Positions 23,812 through 38,092 of a stretch of 64,000 bases of DNA are shown in pieces. Numbering within the stretch: the stretch's first letter is position 1; each line of letters opens with the position of its first letter. The position numbers were made by a program, and so were the translations under genes. The stretch is from Octopus vulgaris (Eukaryota): the NCBI GenBank assembly GCA_951406725.2, contig OX597816.1, positions 175,522,001 through 175,586,000 of the forward strand. Direction: 5' to 3'. The notes beneath the pieces are model-generated. The model saw nothing but the letters and a program-made list of their open reading frames with translations. It searched no databases and was not told the DNA's origin.

Positions 23812-25975
23812 CACTTAGAATAACTAAGAAAGGTTTTGGCCAGTATTGGCCCAGGCCATGTCTAACTTAATAGCACCACCTAGCGAAGTCGTTCAATTCA
23901 GGATTTGGGCACCAAGGCCCATTCGAGCAGAGAGTTATTGTTTGAGGAGACATATCCGGGTGTGGGTGGTTTTTCCGGGACTGTTTGAAGGAATTTGTCC
24001 AAAGACTTCTTGAATTTTGTGTGGTCAGTTTCTGTTTTGACGTGTCCTGGTGTGATGTTGAAGAGAGCGGGTCCAATTGAGGTGAAATAATTGTGCCATA
24101 TTGTTGTTATGAGATGCGATTTAGATTTTTGTTGTGACGGATGGCATGGGGTCCAAGTCTTGGATGTATTTTGAAGGTGATACCAACATCATTTGGACAG
24201 TGCTGATGGAATATTTTCCACATCATACAGATAATATAGCGTTCACGGCGTCGTTGGAGTGAATACAGTTTCAGCTTTTCCAGTCGACCCCAGTAGTCAA
24301 GGTCTGACATGCCATCTATCTTTTTCGTGATTGACCTTTGGGGAGCTTCAATTCTCATATTTTGTTTTGTGTAGGGAGACCACAGTGGACAGCAGTATTC
24401 AAGGTGGGGTCGGGCAAAAGTGGAGAAGAGAAGGAGAATGGTGTGGGAATCTCTCGACTGGAAGGTTCTGAGAATCCAGGAGCACATTCTGCGGGCCATT
24501 TTAACTTTGCTGCTTATATGTGTAGCCCAGCTTATGTTGTTGTCCACAGTTACTCCCAAGTCTCTGATGTTATTAGACGCCATGAGAGTTTCACCAGAAG
24601 GAAGGAAGTATGGGAGTTTCAGAGCGTCCTCCCTTCCAAAGTGGATCAATTCGAATTTGAACAACAGCCGGTAGGTCTGACTGAAGGCTTATCCGGTCAT
24701 CCACGCCATTGATGACCTTCTGGAGCTTGGAATCATCACCGAAGATTCTGATGTTACTGTATTTGATGATGTCATTAACGTAGATGATGAAGAGAAGTGG
24801 GCCCAACACAGTGCCTTGTGGGACACCACTACTGACTTTGGCTGGGCTGGTTTTGACTCCTTTGACTACAACATGTTGGGTTCTATTAGACAGGAAGCAC
24901 TTGATCCACTGCAGCAGCTTTCCAGTGACACCAATATTGAACAGCTTTCTCAAAAGGATCTTATGATCAACCCTGTCAAAGGCCTTGCTGAAATCAAGGT
25001 AGATAACATCAGTGTTGGAACCCTCTCCGAAGGCTCTCAAAATGTCATCGAAGTGATGCAGTAGCTGCGTCAGGCAATCCCTTCCATTACAGAATCCATG
25101 CTGGTTGGAGTTCAGCATATTATGACTCTCAAGGAAGTGAGTCATGCGCTCTCTCAAATACCTTAATGATTTTGAGAGGTGAGAGAGATTGGACAGTAAT
25201 TCACGGCAAGGGATTGTTTCCCTTTTTGAAAACTGGGACAACAGACTGGGATAGAATGTTTTCTGGTATATAGATTGGCTAGAGGGGGTGCAAGTTGGTG
25301 TCGACACATCTTCAAGACACAAGCAGGGAACCTATCGGGACCTACTGCTGAATTATGCTTCATTTCCTTTATTGCTACTAAGACATCAGTAGCGCCAAAG
25401 GTTATGTTCGATAAAGTGTATTGGGGAGTAACATCAGTGATACAGCCCAGATCAGCCATATCAGGATTGCTGAAAACAGAGCAATATTGTTTCTGCAATA
25501 TCTCTCCCATGGTTTTGGCATTGTCTTGAAGAGTACCATTTTCATCAATCAGAGGGCCAACAGTAGAACCAGTGACTCTGTGTTTTTTTGCAAATGAGAA
25601 GAACACTTTGGGATTAAGTTTGATCTTCTCAATCGCCCAGGCCTCTTCAGCTCTTCTCTGACTATTGATGATAAACATCATGTTGTTTTGGAGGCTATGT
25701 TTTTTAATCTCTAGTGACGTGATGGCAGTCAGGTTGGTGTGTTGCTGTTGACAGTATTTCAGCTTGTTGATTTTTTTGTTAATTTTTCTGATGAGAGTTT
25801 TTCTATTTCTAGGGATTCGACACTTAGATTTGTTTGCAGATCTTAATGGGGTGTGTTTTGCACATATGTTCGTAATGGTGTCTACAAATGACTGCCAGGA
25901 CTTTTTGATGTTTTTGATGTTAGTGGGTGTGTATGTGTGCATGAAGGACCAATCGACTTGTGCAAGATCATTACT
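23812..25975 (-). mobile_element. CR1-clade LINE, 5'-truncated and frameshifted
   Basis: NPKVFFSF, GPD.FP, NQHGF..GR.C.TQLL, YLDFSKAFDRV.H, SGVPQGTVLGPLLF, FGDD, RPHLEYCCPLWSP, SLQRRRER. Confidence 0.9.
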
Positions 25976-26087
25976 ATGTCATATTTCAAATTATATTTCT
26001 ACTTATATATTTTTACTTTTATGTATATATATATATCTTCTATTTCTCAATGGCATATCTTTATATATATATTATTTATATATATCC

Positions 26088-26127
<40 letters not shown>

Positions 26128-26130
<3 letters not shown>

Positions 26131-29100
26131 CAGACTAGTGCTGCTACCAAAGAGACAGTAGATAATACAACCTGCGGCTGTTCCTGCTGCATACAACAGT
26201 ATGAAAGGCTAAGGGAGTAAATCCAAACAGAAAATCCAGTGGGAGGACCTCCTAAGGCAGTTGATGGGGAGGAGTGATCGAAACTATCTTCTGGCAGAGG
26301 GGGATCGTGCAAATTGGGTAAGGCACGTCCTCCATACATTCAGAGCCTAGGCATTTAGTTTAGCTAAGGACTTAGAATTTCTGGGAGGATGCTGCAAAAA
26401 AAAAAGAAAAAAAAAGGAGAGCATATGGAGAGGATGCTTCATTCTTGCTGTAACAAGCAAGGGAAACAACACGGGAGTGGCAGATTACGGGTTATAAGGC
26501 ATCCTTATTTAGTGAAGCGGGATGTCGCCATGGGTCATCTTCGACGATGGGAATGATTATTCAATCGCACTGATCAGCTACCGCTTGTCTTAAACTGGGC
26601 AGTGCCCAGTCAGTAAGGTGCTGATCCACCGCGTCTGTCCGCTGCTAAGGGTGTATGGAGCTAGGACAAAAACCGAAAAGCAGACGTAAAGCGCAGCACC
26701 TGGCGAAAGAGGAAGAAAATTGAAACTGGAGACCTGGAATGTCAGAACAATGACAACCGGAATGGACATTACTGACCTGGACAAAACAGAGGACAGCAAG
26801 TAAATGGCAATCATTGACAGGGAGCTCACACGGCTGACTCTGGTTCCATTAGGGGAAGAAATCACACATTCTTCTGGAAGGGTCTTGGAGAAGATGAGAG
26901 GAGAATCCAAGGTGAGGGGTTCGCAGTATGCAACATTGCTTAACAAGCTCAGTACTCCTCGAGGCATATCTGAGCGCATCACTATCATGGAAGTGGGGAC
27001 TAAAACTGGAAGGGCCCATTTATTAGTGCCTATGCCCCGATTCTAACAGCAGAAAATGAGAAGAAAGAGCAGTTGTACGAGGAACTTAAGAATGTGATCA
27101 ACAGTGTTTCAAGGGAAGATCAACTGTTTCTCGTGGGCGATTTCAATTGAAGAGTAGGCGCTGGCCCAACTGCCTTGGACAGTTTGGACTGGGGAAAATC
27201 AACGAGAATGGCCAGAGACTCTTAGAATTCTGCACAAATAACAACCTGTGCATTGCAAACACCTTCTACAATGGTAAAAACCAGCATAAAGTTTTTTGGT
27301 GCTATCCAAGATAAGGTCATTGGCACCAGATTGACTTCGTCATCGTCTCAAAGAATGATGTCAACACTGTAAAGCAAACCAGATTCTTCCACAGTGCAGA
27401 CTGTAACAGAAATCATCTGATGGTTATAGAAAAGGTAAAGATGGTCACAAAGAAAGCACCAAGAGCCGAAAAAACACAGAAATCTAAGACCAACACAAAA
27501 AAACACCCAAAATCCAGCGATGACAACCAAATTTCAAGAATATGCTGAAGAACAGCTCCAAAACTTAGATAGCTCATCCCCTGACGCCATGTAGAACAAC
27601 ATGAAATCAGCAATATATGATTCTGCGTCGAGGGCCTTTGGAACGGACCGACTTTCCAAGGAGGGCTGGATCGAAGCCAATGCAGCAATACTAATGCCAT
27701 TACTTGAGAAAATGCGCGAGATTTTCATAAAGCACAAGAGAAAGCTAACAGAAAGTAGGAAGCAAAAACTACGTGCTGCATAATCCAACCTTCAAAAAGA
27801 AACTAGAAAATGTGCCACCCAGTACTGGGATAAATTATGCTTAGAAGTTCAACAGGCGAGTGACATGGGTAACATCAGGAAAATATATGAGAAGATCAGA
27901 GTTGCTATCGGACCAACAGTGAGTAAAGTGGCACCCCTGAAGTCTGCAACAGGTGACTAGCTGACGGACAAGAAGAAACAAATGGTTGAACATTACTCTA
28001 AATTGTACACAAAGGAGCGAGTTGTTGATGGACAGCTTGATGAGGCCATTCCTCAGCTCTCCGAAATGACAGAACATGATATACCACCAACGGAAGAAGA
28101 ACTCTCCACTGCAATCGATGAACTTGCAAGCGGAAAAGCACCCGGAAATGACAATATACCTGCTGAAGAGTTGAAAGAGGAAAAAGATGCCCTCCTTCCA
28201 CATTTATACAAGTTACTAAAGATGTGTTGATTGGAAGTAAAACTTCCACAAGATATGAGAGATCCCAAGATCCTCACTCTACAAAAATAAAGGGGACAAG
28301 GGAGATTGCAATAACTACAGAGGCATCTCACTTCTGAGCATCATTGGAAAAGCTTTTGCGAGGTTCATTCTGAAACGACTTCAGAAGCCAGCAGAAAGAG
28401 TACTACCAGAGAGCCAGTGCGGCTTTAGATCCAACCGCTCAACAATGGATGTGATCTTCTCCATTCGTCAACTACAAGAAAAATGCAGGGAGCAGCGATT
28501 CCCACTAAATATAGCATTTGTCGATCTGACAAAGGCATTTGATACAATCAGCAGATCAGGACTGTACATGGTGCTTGGGAAATGTGGCTGTCCCCCAATA
28601 CTGCAGCAGCACATTGTTTCATTCCATGATGACATGGAGGCCACCATTCAGCTTGACGGTTTAATATCAGATAGCTTGAGACAGTGGACAGGTTCTGCTA
28701 TCTAGAGTCTACCATTTCCTCTTCTGCTTCACTTGATGAGATTAATGTCAGGATAGGGAAGGCAGCAACAACTTTTGGAAGGCTGACAAAACGAGTATGG
28801 AAGACCAAGAGACTAGACACCAAGACAAAGATCAGGATTTATGTTAGTTAGTTAGTTAATTTGGCTCAAAAGCACATGGAGTTAAGTACAGGGTGGTGTT
28901 CATGTAAAGAGTTCAGGCCACTGGATCTTTGAACAAAGCGGTCGTCGGCATCTTCACCATCTCGTCTGGCAGCTTGTTCCACGGATCTGCAACCCAGATG
29001 GAGAAAGCTCCTCTCCTTCGATTGAGATGAAATCGTCGCAGGTAGAGCTTTTCGGAATGACCCCGCAGCCGACGCTCTGGAGCAGGAGTGAAGAACATCT

Positions 29101-30127
29101 CTTTCGAGAGGTTACACTTTCCGCTTATGATGTTGTGGGCGAGAATGAGATCACCACGGCGGCGGCGTTTTTCTAGATAATAAAGGTCGAGCGTCCTCAG
29201 CCTTTCTTCGTAGGAAAAATTTTTGAGACCATGAACCATGCGGGTAGCCAGCTTCTGGACTCTTTCGAGATGCTGTATGTCTTTGAGGAGATAAGGAGAA
29301 GAGGCTTGGATGCCATACTCCAATATGGGTCTCACCAGCGTGACATAGAGTGGTAGGAATATGGCTGCTGTGAGCATTCCGAATGACCGTCGAATCAAGA
29401 ACAGAATTCCGCGTGCTTTGTTGGCAGCATGGACGCACTGGGCCAAAGGCGAAAAGGAGGAATCCACCAAGATACCCAGCATGTGTTCTCAGCACACTCC
29501 TCTATGGATCTGAAACATGGACCTTGTACAGCAGACAGGAAAGGTACCTTGGCATTTTCCATGTAAGATGTCTCCACAAGATCTTAGGCCTCACATGGCG
29601 CAACAAGGTCACCAATGTTGAAGTGCTGGCGCAGGCGAATCTTTAAAGCATGACAGCTATTTTGTGTATGAGAAGATTAAGGTGACTGGGGCCTGTCAGG
29701 AGAACAGATGACCATCGAATCCCAAAGCAACTACTCTATGGAGAACTGGCCCAGTGCAAGAGACCAAGAGGAAGACCAAAACTGAGGTATATGGACACTT
29801 GCAAAACTAGTTTGTCCAAGTGTGAGGTGGATGTCAGCAGCTGGGAAGAGAGGGCTGAGGAGAGAACAACATGGAGGACTGTGGTGAAGGAAGGAACTAC
29901 TTCGCTGGAGATCAGCTACAGAAACACACAAGTTGAAAAGTGTCAGCGGCGAAAGGAGCACAACAGAGCCACCTTCTTGGTATGCAAGTACTGTGACAGA
30001 AGCTGCGCTTCAATCATAGGAAGAATCAGCCATAAAAGAAGCTGCAAGAAAAGGACCCCCTGATATGTTCGGTTAAGTGATCTCTAAGCTAACTTGACCG
30101 TCTGCATAGACGAAAGGTAATGTGCCT
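26128..30127 (+). mobile_element. Near full-length BovB-like RTE LINE, decayed, RT core deleted
   Basis: 5' UTR, then TWNVRT, GDFN, NENGQRLLEFC, GKAPGND.IP, AFVDLTKAFDT, LLYGSETW, LYGEL, and a C-terminal CKYC..H..C finger. The QG/YADD region is missing near 28680. Confidence 0.88.
28843..29472 (-). mobile_element. CR1-clade LINE 3' fragment nested in the RTE
   Basis: ORF 28913-29482: RPILEYG, LERVQKLATRM, YEERL..L.L..LEKRRRRGDLI, RLRGH. (TAAC)n tail at about 28843-28858. Confidence 0.9.
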
Positions 30128-30129
30128 AA

Positions 30130-30420
30130 ACACTGCTTGGTGCCGATACTGTAATATTTTCTGAACTGGCAGTCTAATGGCACAACTCAATGTTGTGGAC
30201 TGTTTTACTTAAAGCTATGGATTTAATTATGTCTATCCAGAGTTGTCTCTCTTCTGTTTTCCCCCTTGATAATGGCTAAAGAGCTAGAAACGCGTCTGGA
30301 AACCCGAGAGGGGACAGCATAGGACAGATACGGTGTTTTTATACTTTTTTACAATGAGAGAATGTTTTCTCCACGGTAACTGCAGTGAATTTGTCTTTAG
30401 AAGTTGAAATATGTCACAAA
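30130..30420 (+). mobile_element. Penelope-like pLTR relic
   Basis: Contains the hammerhead motif at 30257-30303 and is followed by (CTGT)/(CT)/(TA) repeats. Confidence 0.45.
30257..30303 (+). ncRNA. Minimal type I hammerhead motif, U3-A8 core variant
   Basis: TTTTCCCCC TTGATAA TGGCT aaag AGCTA GAAA CGCG TC TGGAAAC. Palindromic ACGCGT stem III and GUC triplet; stem I is imperfect. Confidence 0.55.
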
Positions 30421-30500
30421 CCTATTTTAACTAACCTAAAGTTTGCCAATCTGTCTGTCTGTCTGTCTGTCTCTGTCTCTCTCTCTCTCTCTCTCTCTCA

Positions 30501-30537
<37 letters not shown>

Positions 30538-30940
30538 CATACATATATATACATCCCGTTCTGTGTGTGTATGTAAAAGATTATAACGGCTGTATTTTTC
30601 AACTGATTTTTGCCAAATTGGGAACATGCGTTATTTATGTTCCAGGGATGGTTTTAGACTCTTAAAATGAGTAGCGGGACGCCTGGGAGCAGAAAATACC
30701 CGGTCCTGGGTTACGTGGAGAAGGGAGGTAACTCTTTGCGAAGTAACTTTCAGAAATTGATTGTCTCCCGTACAGCCATCGGTCATAAAAAATATTGCTT
30801 TTTATATTAGAGTCACGTCTTTGAAAGTTTAAAAATATTTACTTCCGGTTTTCTAGCGTCAGTGACGTTCATACATAACTTACTGACAGAAGCAACTTCA
30901 TAAATTTCACTTCAATCCGTACACTTCGTTAAATTTGCCT

Positions 30941-31151
30941 ACAAATTTCTTATTTACTTTTACAATGGTTTTGTGTTTTTCTGTTGTTTACGGCTTTTTT
31001 TCTAGTTCCTTCGATACTGGCTCTTTGGTTCACTGACAAATTGCGCTTCAAACCGTTTAATACTTTATTTTCTGTAAAAATTTCTTATTTACTTTTACAA
31101 CGGTTTTGTGTTTTTCTGTTGTTTACGGCTTTTTTTCTAGTTCCTTCGATA
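30941..31151. repeat. Direct duplication of about 70 bp (AAATTTCTTATTTACTTTTACAA..GTTCCTTCGATAC)
   Basis: Copies at about 30943-31017 and 31078-31152. Confidence 0.8.
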
Positions 31152-31664
31152 CGAAAATTTCATGTTATGTAGAAAAATATTTTCCACTCAAAGAGTTTTT
31201 AAAGTAATTTTATACCAGAAAAGTGTTCCAAAATAAATAAAACTGACACGAAAAATAAATTTTTAAATCTTTTTATTAATTCTAGTATCAAACTATTGAA
31301 ATAAAACTTTCAAACATTTGGAAAGCAAATAATCAAAATAAAATATTTTGTCTTATCACACATCCTGCAGAAAATTTTGACTGGGTTGGTTAATATGAGT
31401 GAGACATTCATTTATTTCTTACAAAACACAACAAAGACATTTCCTTTTCTTATCGTCTGATGGAATTTACCAAAGATTTCTTAAGATATTTTCATTCTAT
31501 GCTGAAAAATCATATCACTATAGATTCATTTGAAGCTGAAGCTTCACTTATAGGACACAAAATTAAAGGAAATCTCAAATGGCAACAGTGAAGTGTCAGC
31601 TTTGAATATATGAATAAATTCTACATATATTGTGTTTTTTCTCTCTGTCATTTATACAACTAAA

Positions 31665-31729
<65 letters not shown>

Positions 31730-31838
31730 TTATAAATTTGGAAGTAGTCACTATTAAGAACAGAATCAGAAACCTTAAAGCAGTAATGGAATGAAGTCTT
31801 AACTTTGAAGAAAGGAATATATATATATATATACATAC

Positions 31839-31877
<39 letters not shown>

Positions 31878-31894
31878 TACATACATATATGTAT

Positions 31895-31925
<31 letters not shown>

Positions 31926-31970
31926 CACACACACATAAATACATACATATATATATATACACACACATAA

Positions 31971-32021
<51 letters not shown>

Positions 32022-32060
32022 AATACATACATATATATATATATATATATACACACATAC

Positions 32061-32109
<49 letters not shown>

Positions 32110-32196
32110 CATACATATATATATATATATATACATACACACATACATATATATATATATACATATACACACATACATATATATATATATACATAT

Positions 32197-32227
<31 letters not shown>

Positions 32228-32308
32228 CACACACATACATACATATATATACATATATATATACATACACACACATACATATATATATATATACACACAC
32301 ATACATAC

Positions 32309-32365
<57 letters not shown>

Positions 32366-32651
32366 TATATATATACATATACACACACACATATATATAT
32401 ATACATATACACACACACATATATATATGTGCATGGTGTGGATGTGTCTTGAAAACAAATCTAGATCTCTTCCTGTTACGGGTTCCAGACAAGCCTACCT
32501 CACAGCAGAAACACAGATGAGGGCAGCAGCATCAGACTCCCTCATTTACCAAATGCCACATACCAGAGGAGGTTCCATATAATGGTGTAGCACAGTCAAC
32601 AATGGTGCTCCAGCATGACCACAGCTTTGCAGCTGAAACATTTTAAAATAG

Positions 32652-32702
<51 letters not shown>

Positions 32703-32815
32703 TATACATACATATATTTATATATATACATATATATATACACATACATATATATATATATATATACATATTTATATACACATATATACACATTTATATA
32801 CACATATGTATATAC

Positions 32816-32872
<57 letters not shown>
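31665..32872. repeat. (TG)n and (TA/CA)n compound microsatellite region
   Basis: Direct observation. Confidence 0.92.
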
Positions 32873-32873
<1 letters not shown>

Positions 32874-32999
32874 CTGGTATAGATGAAGGACTTAAAGAAA
32901 TGTTCATTCTGAAAGCTTTTAAAAATTCCATGATCATTATCACATAGGTTGAAATGCTCTGAAAATTTAGATATGTCTTAGAACAAAAAGGTTCTGATT

Positions 33000-35900
33000 T
33001 CAAAACAACCAGACTAAGTATAATGAGATTTCTATAGAACTTAATTGTAGATACCCTGTAAAAATTTTTATCAGCTAAAATGAACATTTTTATCATTTGG
33101 CTTGCAAGCTTTAGTAAAAAGGATGGTTATTGAGATAACCCTTGTAAACATTGTAGATCAGTTAGAACATTAGAAGAACTAAGGAGGAGGGGCAGGATGT
33201 TATAATTTCTACAAATTGCTTGCTATTCCCAGAACGAAAATCGAAAATTAGCTTGGATTTAATTTGAGAATAAGCTATGAAAACATTCAACTTAGAAACA
33301 TTCCTGGAAATCCCCGGAATTGTGGGGTATGTGTATAGCTCACATGATACAGAATGACGATAACCCACATTGACTTGATAATACCTCAACTATTTCTGAG
33401 AGCGAGATATCTTTGATGGAAGGAAGTGATGGGAATGGGACTGTTAAGAGAATAACTCCCATCCTGAAGCAGTGGGACATTATGAAATGCTTACACAATG
33501 TAGTCTAGAAGCATTTTACATAATGCTAAACAGTTTGGCAGAAAGTTGGAAGCTGATCCAACTTAATATAAAGAAAATTTATAAAATCTATAGCTGGATG
33601 ATATGTTGGTAATGTGTTTAATATTCCTGGGTTTAGTGCAGAAATCTCAAGAGGTATGTGAAAATCACAATTTTAAAATGGTAGTTTGGATATAATTTTA
33701 ACTGCATCTTAGTAGAATTAAATTTATGAGCCTCCTTGTGTTAACAGTTTTATCAACTAAATGCTTAATTATCAGATATAGCTAAATGAGAAGAACCCTG
33801 TTTTTTTTTTTTTTAATTGGTGCTGGTTTTTTGTTAAGCAGTAGCTTTTTCCATCAGAGAAATTGAACTTGATGATACAAGTCAATGAAATATCTATCGA
33901 TTTCATGCTGCATAACCCTGATGGATTATGCCACCTATAGCATCTACTTTAATTTTAACTGAATTTAGAATCATTAGGGGATAAACGTTATAGCCACAGA
34001 TACAATGGAGTACTGATGGCAGGATCTGAATCATTAACTTCTTAGTTTGTAGTTCACTAATCTGAGTTTTCTTCTATGAAAAGATTCCTCACTGAAAATT
34101 ATAACAGCTGATTATTCCTTTTGTAAAATATCAAATGGATGAATTAATTTTTCAAAAAATATTCTACTTGGTTTAATTCAGAGAGAGCAAGGAGAAAGGT
34201 GTTGTTTCCTTTTATGCACTCTCGGTAGGTATCACTACAGAGCTTGACAGAAGGAAGACAAGCACAGTTTGACCACGCAAAACTCCACTTTTTGCTGCAT
34301 CATTTTCATGTCAAAATATTTTTTTTTCTGTGGACAATTATATATTTGAAAGTTCTGGATGTGAACTTTCTTCTTGTATACTTTTAGTCAAAATCTGATG
34401 CTTATATATCATGCCTAGTTCTCTCAATAACCCTGATATTTTCATCCATTCACAAAGTTCATACAGTTTTTGATTATTAATTCTGAACAGGTGCTGGAGC
34501 ACTTACAACTCAATTCATGTTGAAAATGATAACAAGGAGAGTTTTTGCTTTACCTTGATATAAAAATCAACAGGAGTAGGCCAGATAATTGTTATGAATT
34601 ATAAAAACGAAAATTTAGTTAATAATTTTCACTTAGAAGGGAACAAATTTTCTCCAAGATTTTTATACCATAAGATTTCTCAGAAATTCAATATAGCCAT
34701 TGCTGAATCTGGCAACAAGTTGGCGAAAAAAGTGTAGAGTCAATAAAAAGAGTACTATTATGGCTGCTTGCATAGGGTTAACACATACCGATGCTACTCG
34801 TCAAACTGACATACAGTTGGATAATTTGTGGTAGTGTTTACACTTTCACAAGTAGTGCTAATTGTTTTCGGTTTTTCTCTCTCTCTTACAAATGAGTTTG
34901 CTCTGAGTTACAGATGCTTTTTAATGCCTTGAATTTATGGTTTTAATGCTAAAGCAAGGAATTAGTTTTCACATTTTGCTTGGTTTTGATATCAGTCTAC
35001 ATCAATTCTGAGAATGGTACCAGGTGGTTGTGGGATGTGCTAGAAACAACAGCTAAATCTCTCTTAAATCACACACCTTTCCATTTAAAAATATCTTCAA
35101 AATTTTAATTTTTTGTTACTGCAAAGCTTTGCTCATTTTTCTTAAGTGCATAGCGCAGAGAAAAAAAAACTGGCCAAAATCAGTCCAGGGTGGGTGAAGG
35201 GGAAGAGGTGGAAAAAATAAATTTTCCAAAGTTTTTTTCATAAAAAGCTTTCCTCCTTCCACCATCATTTCCAAGGCAATGGTGGAAAAAAATTGGAAAA
35301 ATCCTCAATTTATGTGGGTATCATAATCCGAAACTCTGTTGTTTATAGCCACTTTTAATAGTCTATCAAAATTTTATTGAAATGGTATGATGTCCCAAAT
35401 TTCAGTATTTATATAATTCTATACCTATTACAAAACTCGAGTCCCCGTAACTTGTACTTTTGGATCACCGTGAAATCAACTGTTTGTTATATGCAACAAA
35501 TAGACTTTGAATAAATATTTTGAAAGTTGCTAAAAAAAAGTTTCGTTTTCAAGAACCTGAAGATAATAGGGAACTGCTATCCTGTGGTCACCATTAATTT
35601 GTGTAATTTGAAAATGATCACCTCAGTTTCAAAAATATGGCTAATTATTCATTTAGACCAATTAGGCAAGATTTCAACTAATTTGTTGACTATTCAAATT
35701 GTCATATCTCCTAAAATATTCATCCAAATTTCACAAATGAAGCATCAAAATGTTTCTTTTCAGACAATCTCCAAAAAAATGTTGAGTAGAAGTTAGATTG
35801 AAATATTTTCAAAAATTCATAGTGATACCTACTCTCAGCAGAGTATCTAGACTTTTGTAAAGTTGTGTGTGACAAAGATCATGTAGAATTTAGTCAGATA

Positions 35901-37216
35901 GGGAGTGAAATATGTGACATATAAAAATGGTGCCATTTAGAATTTTGTAAGAAGTATGAACTTTATTGGGGATGTTAATCAACACTGTTTAATTGTTATG
36001 GAACACATTAGATGACTTCTATTTCAATCACTCACTCTAGACAAAACACCAATCTTACAAATTCTGGCAGTACTCTCTATAGTACCTATTTACAATCAAA
36101 TACACTGGGTTATTTGGAGTAGAGTATCTGGTTGGTAGTCCAACCCTTGAGTCCTTCAACCAAATATGGCTTAAAATGTTTATAAAAATTGTAAAAATAT
36201 TTAATGCATGTAATTAAAAAAAGATATATTTGTATTAAAAATGACAGCAGCTGGTTAGTAGCCTTCTTTGTATTACAGGCTGGTTACTAAAGTTATAGAA
36301 AGTGGACTGTTTTGATTTTCTACTATAGAAGAATAATCAAATTTTATAGGAAAATAAAAGGGGGAGAAAAGTCAATCTGTTGTCTGACTATAAAAACATA
36401 TTAAACTAACATATGTATGCATGTGACATGCGATTAAATTTTAATGTTTAGTCTAATTATACGTTTATTAAAATAAATCTAATTTCTGAATGTTTTTTTT
36501 CTAATCCTCAATCCAACTGGAAGACTACAAGAGTTCCCTGCTTCCCACATATATTTTACCATGCTGACCAACATCTTGATAAATAAATTTATTTCCCCCA
36601 CTCCCAAAAGAGTAAAAATAAAATATTTAAAATCCAAAGAGAATTAAAAAATGATTTACCTTTTAGATGATTCTCAATTAAAATATAAATTTTCCATTTT
36701 ATTTGAGATCGTCTTAATTTCAGGAAATTTTAAAATCTTTGAGATAAAACCATTTACTATTTTACAATTAAAAATAAATTTTTTTTTTTCTTGTTTCTTT
36801 GTAATATAAAGTTTACTTTTTGTATTCAAAAGATTAAGGAGTTCAGAAATTGTTTAATGGTAACAAGTGTATCACACAAAGACAGAAGAATGGGACCAAA
36901 GTGGTGTTTGCAGACCATAAAATTGTCAAGATGTACTGGAAGTCCCAGCAATTGTTTTTCTTCACATTTTGTAAATCAAATTATATAGTTTTAAAGAGGT
37001 TTGGTTAAATTTCCAAACAGTTTAAACAGCCAGAGGCACTTTGAAATGCCTTGTGGTAGTAGCCAGGTTTTAGCAAGAGAAGGCAGTGACAGAAGAAAGC
37101 TGTTGAAAGGACAACTTTAAAGAGTTTGCAGTATCAGCCCAGTTTGATAATGAGAAATGAGGCACCTTGAGGTTTGCACTGTTGGTTTCCATGGTTTTCA
37201 TGGCTTCAGTCAAGAC
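33000..37216 (-). other. scrib: Putative terminal 3'-UTR exon of scribble (lower boundary uncertain, possibly to about 31270)
   Basis: Strong acceptor tttttctgtctcttttactccttag| at 37216. About 4 kb of AT-rich sequence nearly free of recognisable TEs. Confidence 0.5.
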
Positions 37217-37306
37217 CTAAGGAGTAAAAGAGACAGAAAAATAAACTAGTCAAGTTAGAAAACAAATAATAACAATAACAATAATAACAACAACAACAAC
37301 AACAAC

Positions 37307-37347
<41 letters not shown>

Positions 37348-37372
37348 TAACAACAACAATAATAATAATAAT

Positions 37373-37875
37373 ATGGAAGTGTTATCATGTACATTGTTTT
37401 GTCTTGATATAAAAGATGGGCTACAGCAAATATTCTGCTCAATACCACAGATTTGCTTGTCAGTTGTTTGACCTTAACCAGTTGAGCATGTCCCTTAGTG
37501 GCTGACAATATGTGCATCTCTGATCACAAGCAGAAGTAGTGGGGGAGCATCATAGCCATATGTTGAGAGGGATTCTTTGGGGTTTGAATAATTCACCTCT
37601 GGAAACATGGGTGTTTCGTTCAACATCCTTAAACAACCCTTATTCAGGGACCTTTTGAGCGGGATGGGCTACTCAACCTGAAGAAAATTCTAACTGGGCC
37701 CCACCTGCAAGGTCATGTGCTGTTTATCTTGATATGAGATCACCATGTCGCGTACATATGGTTGTGATGCATGTGCCTAGTGTACCCTTATCAGACGGGT
37801 AGTCATGATGGGCATACTGGGCTTCGTATATTTTACCCCAGTGTCACTTTGATGGCATGAACTGCTCTCTCACTC
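37373..37875 (+). mobile_element. (AAT)n-embedded retroposed repeat, copy 1
   Basis: Near-identical to 58381-58630 and 58694-59248, with the common 3' end CTCTCTCACTC followed by (AAT)n. Confidence 0.8.
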
Positions 37876-38017
37876 AATAATAATAATAATAGATAACCTT
37901 TTTTGACTTTATATGTAAAAAAAAACCCCTCAAAATATGAAATACAAAATAGTATCTAAATTCAAATTTACTTGAAGAGGAATAGACAATCAAGTTACAC
38001 ATACCTGATATTTACTG

Positions 38018-38092
38018 TCACTGCTGCTCAGACTGTACATATTGATCATCATTTAATTTCAATTTGTAAATCTGTTGCTTTGTGACTTCAAC
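38018..38092 (-). CDS. scrib: Probable last coding scribble exon: VEVTKQQIYKLKLNDDQYVQSEQQ* (exon extends to 38005)
   Basis: ttgttttcag| acceptor in phase 0, TGA at 38020-38018, CAG|gtatgt donor 13 nt after the stop. Confidence 0.65.
   Translation of the reverse strand, partial: VEVTKQQIYKLKLNDDQYVQSEQQ

Noticed and set aside
37590-37660. Possible hammerhead in the (AAT)n-embedded repeat (minus strand CTGAATAA...GAAACACCCATGTTT)
   Set aside because: The 3-8 pair is broken and there is no convincing stem I or stem II.
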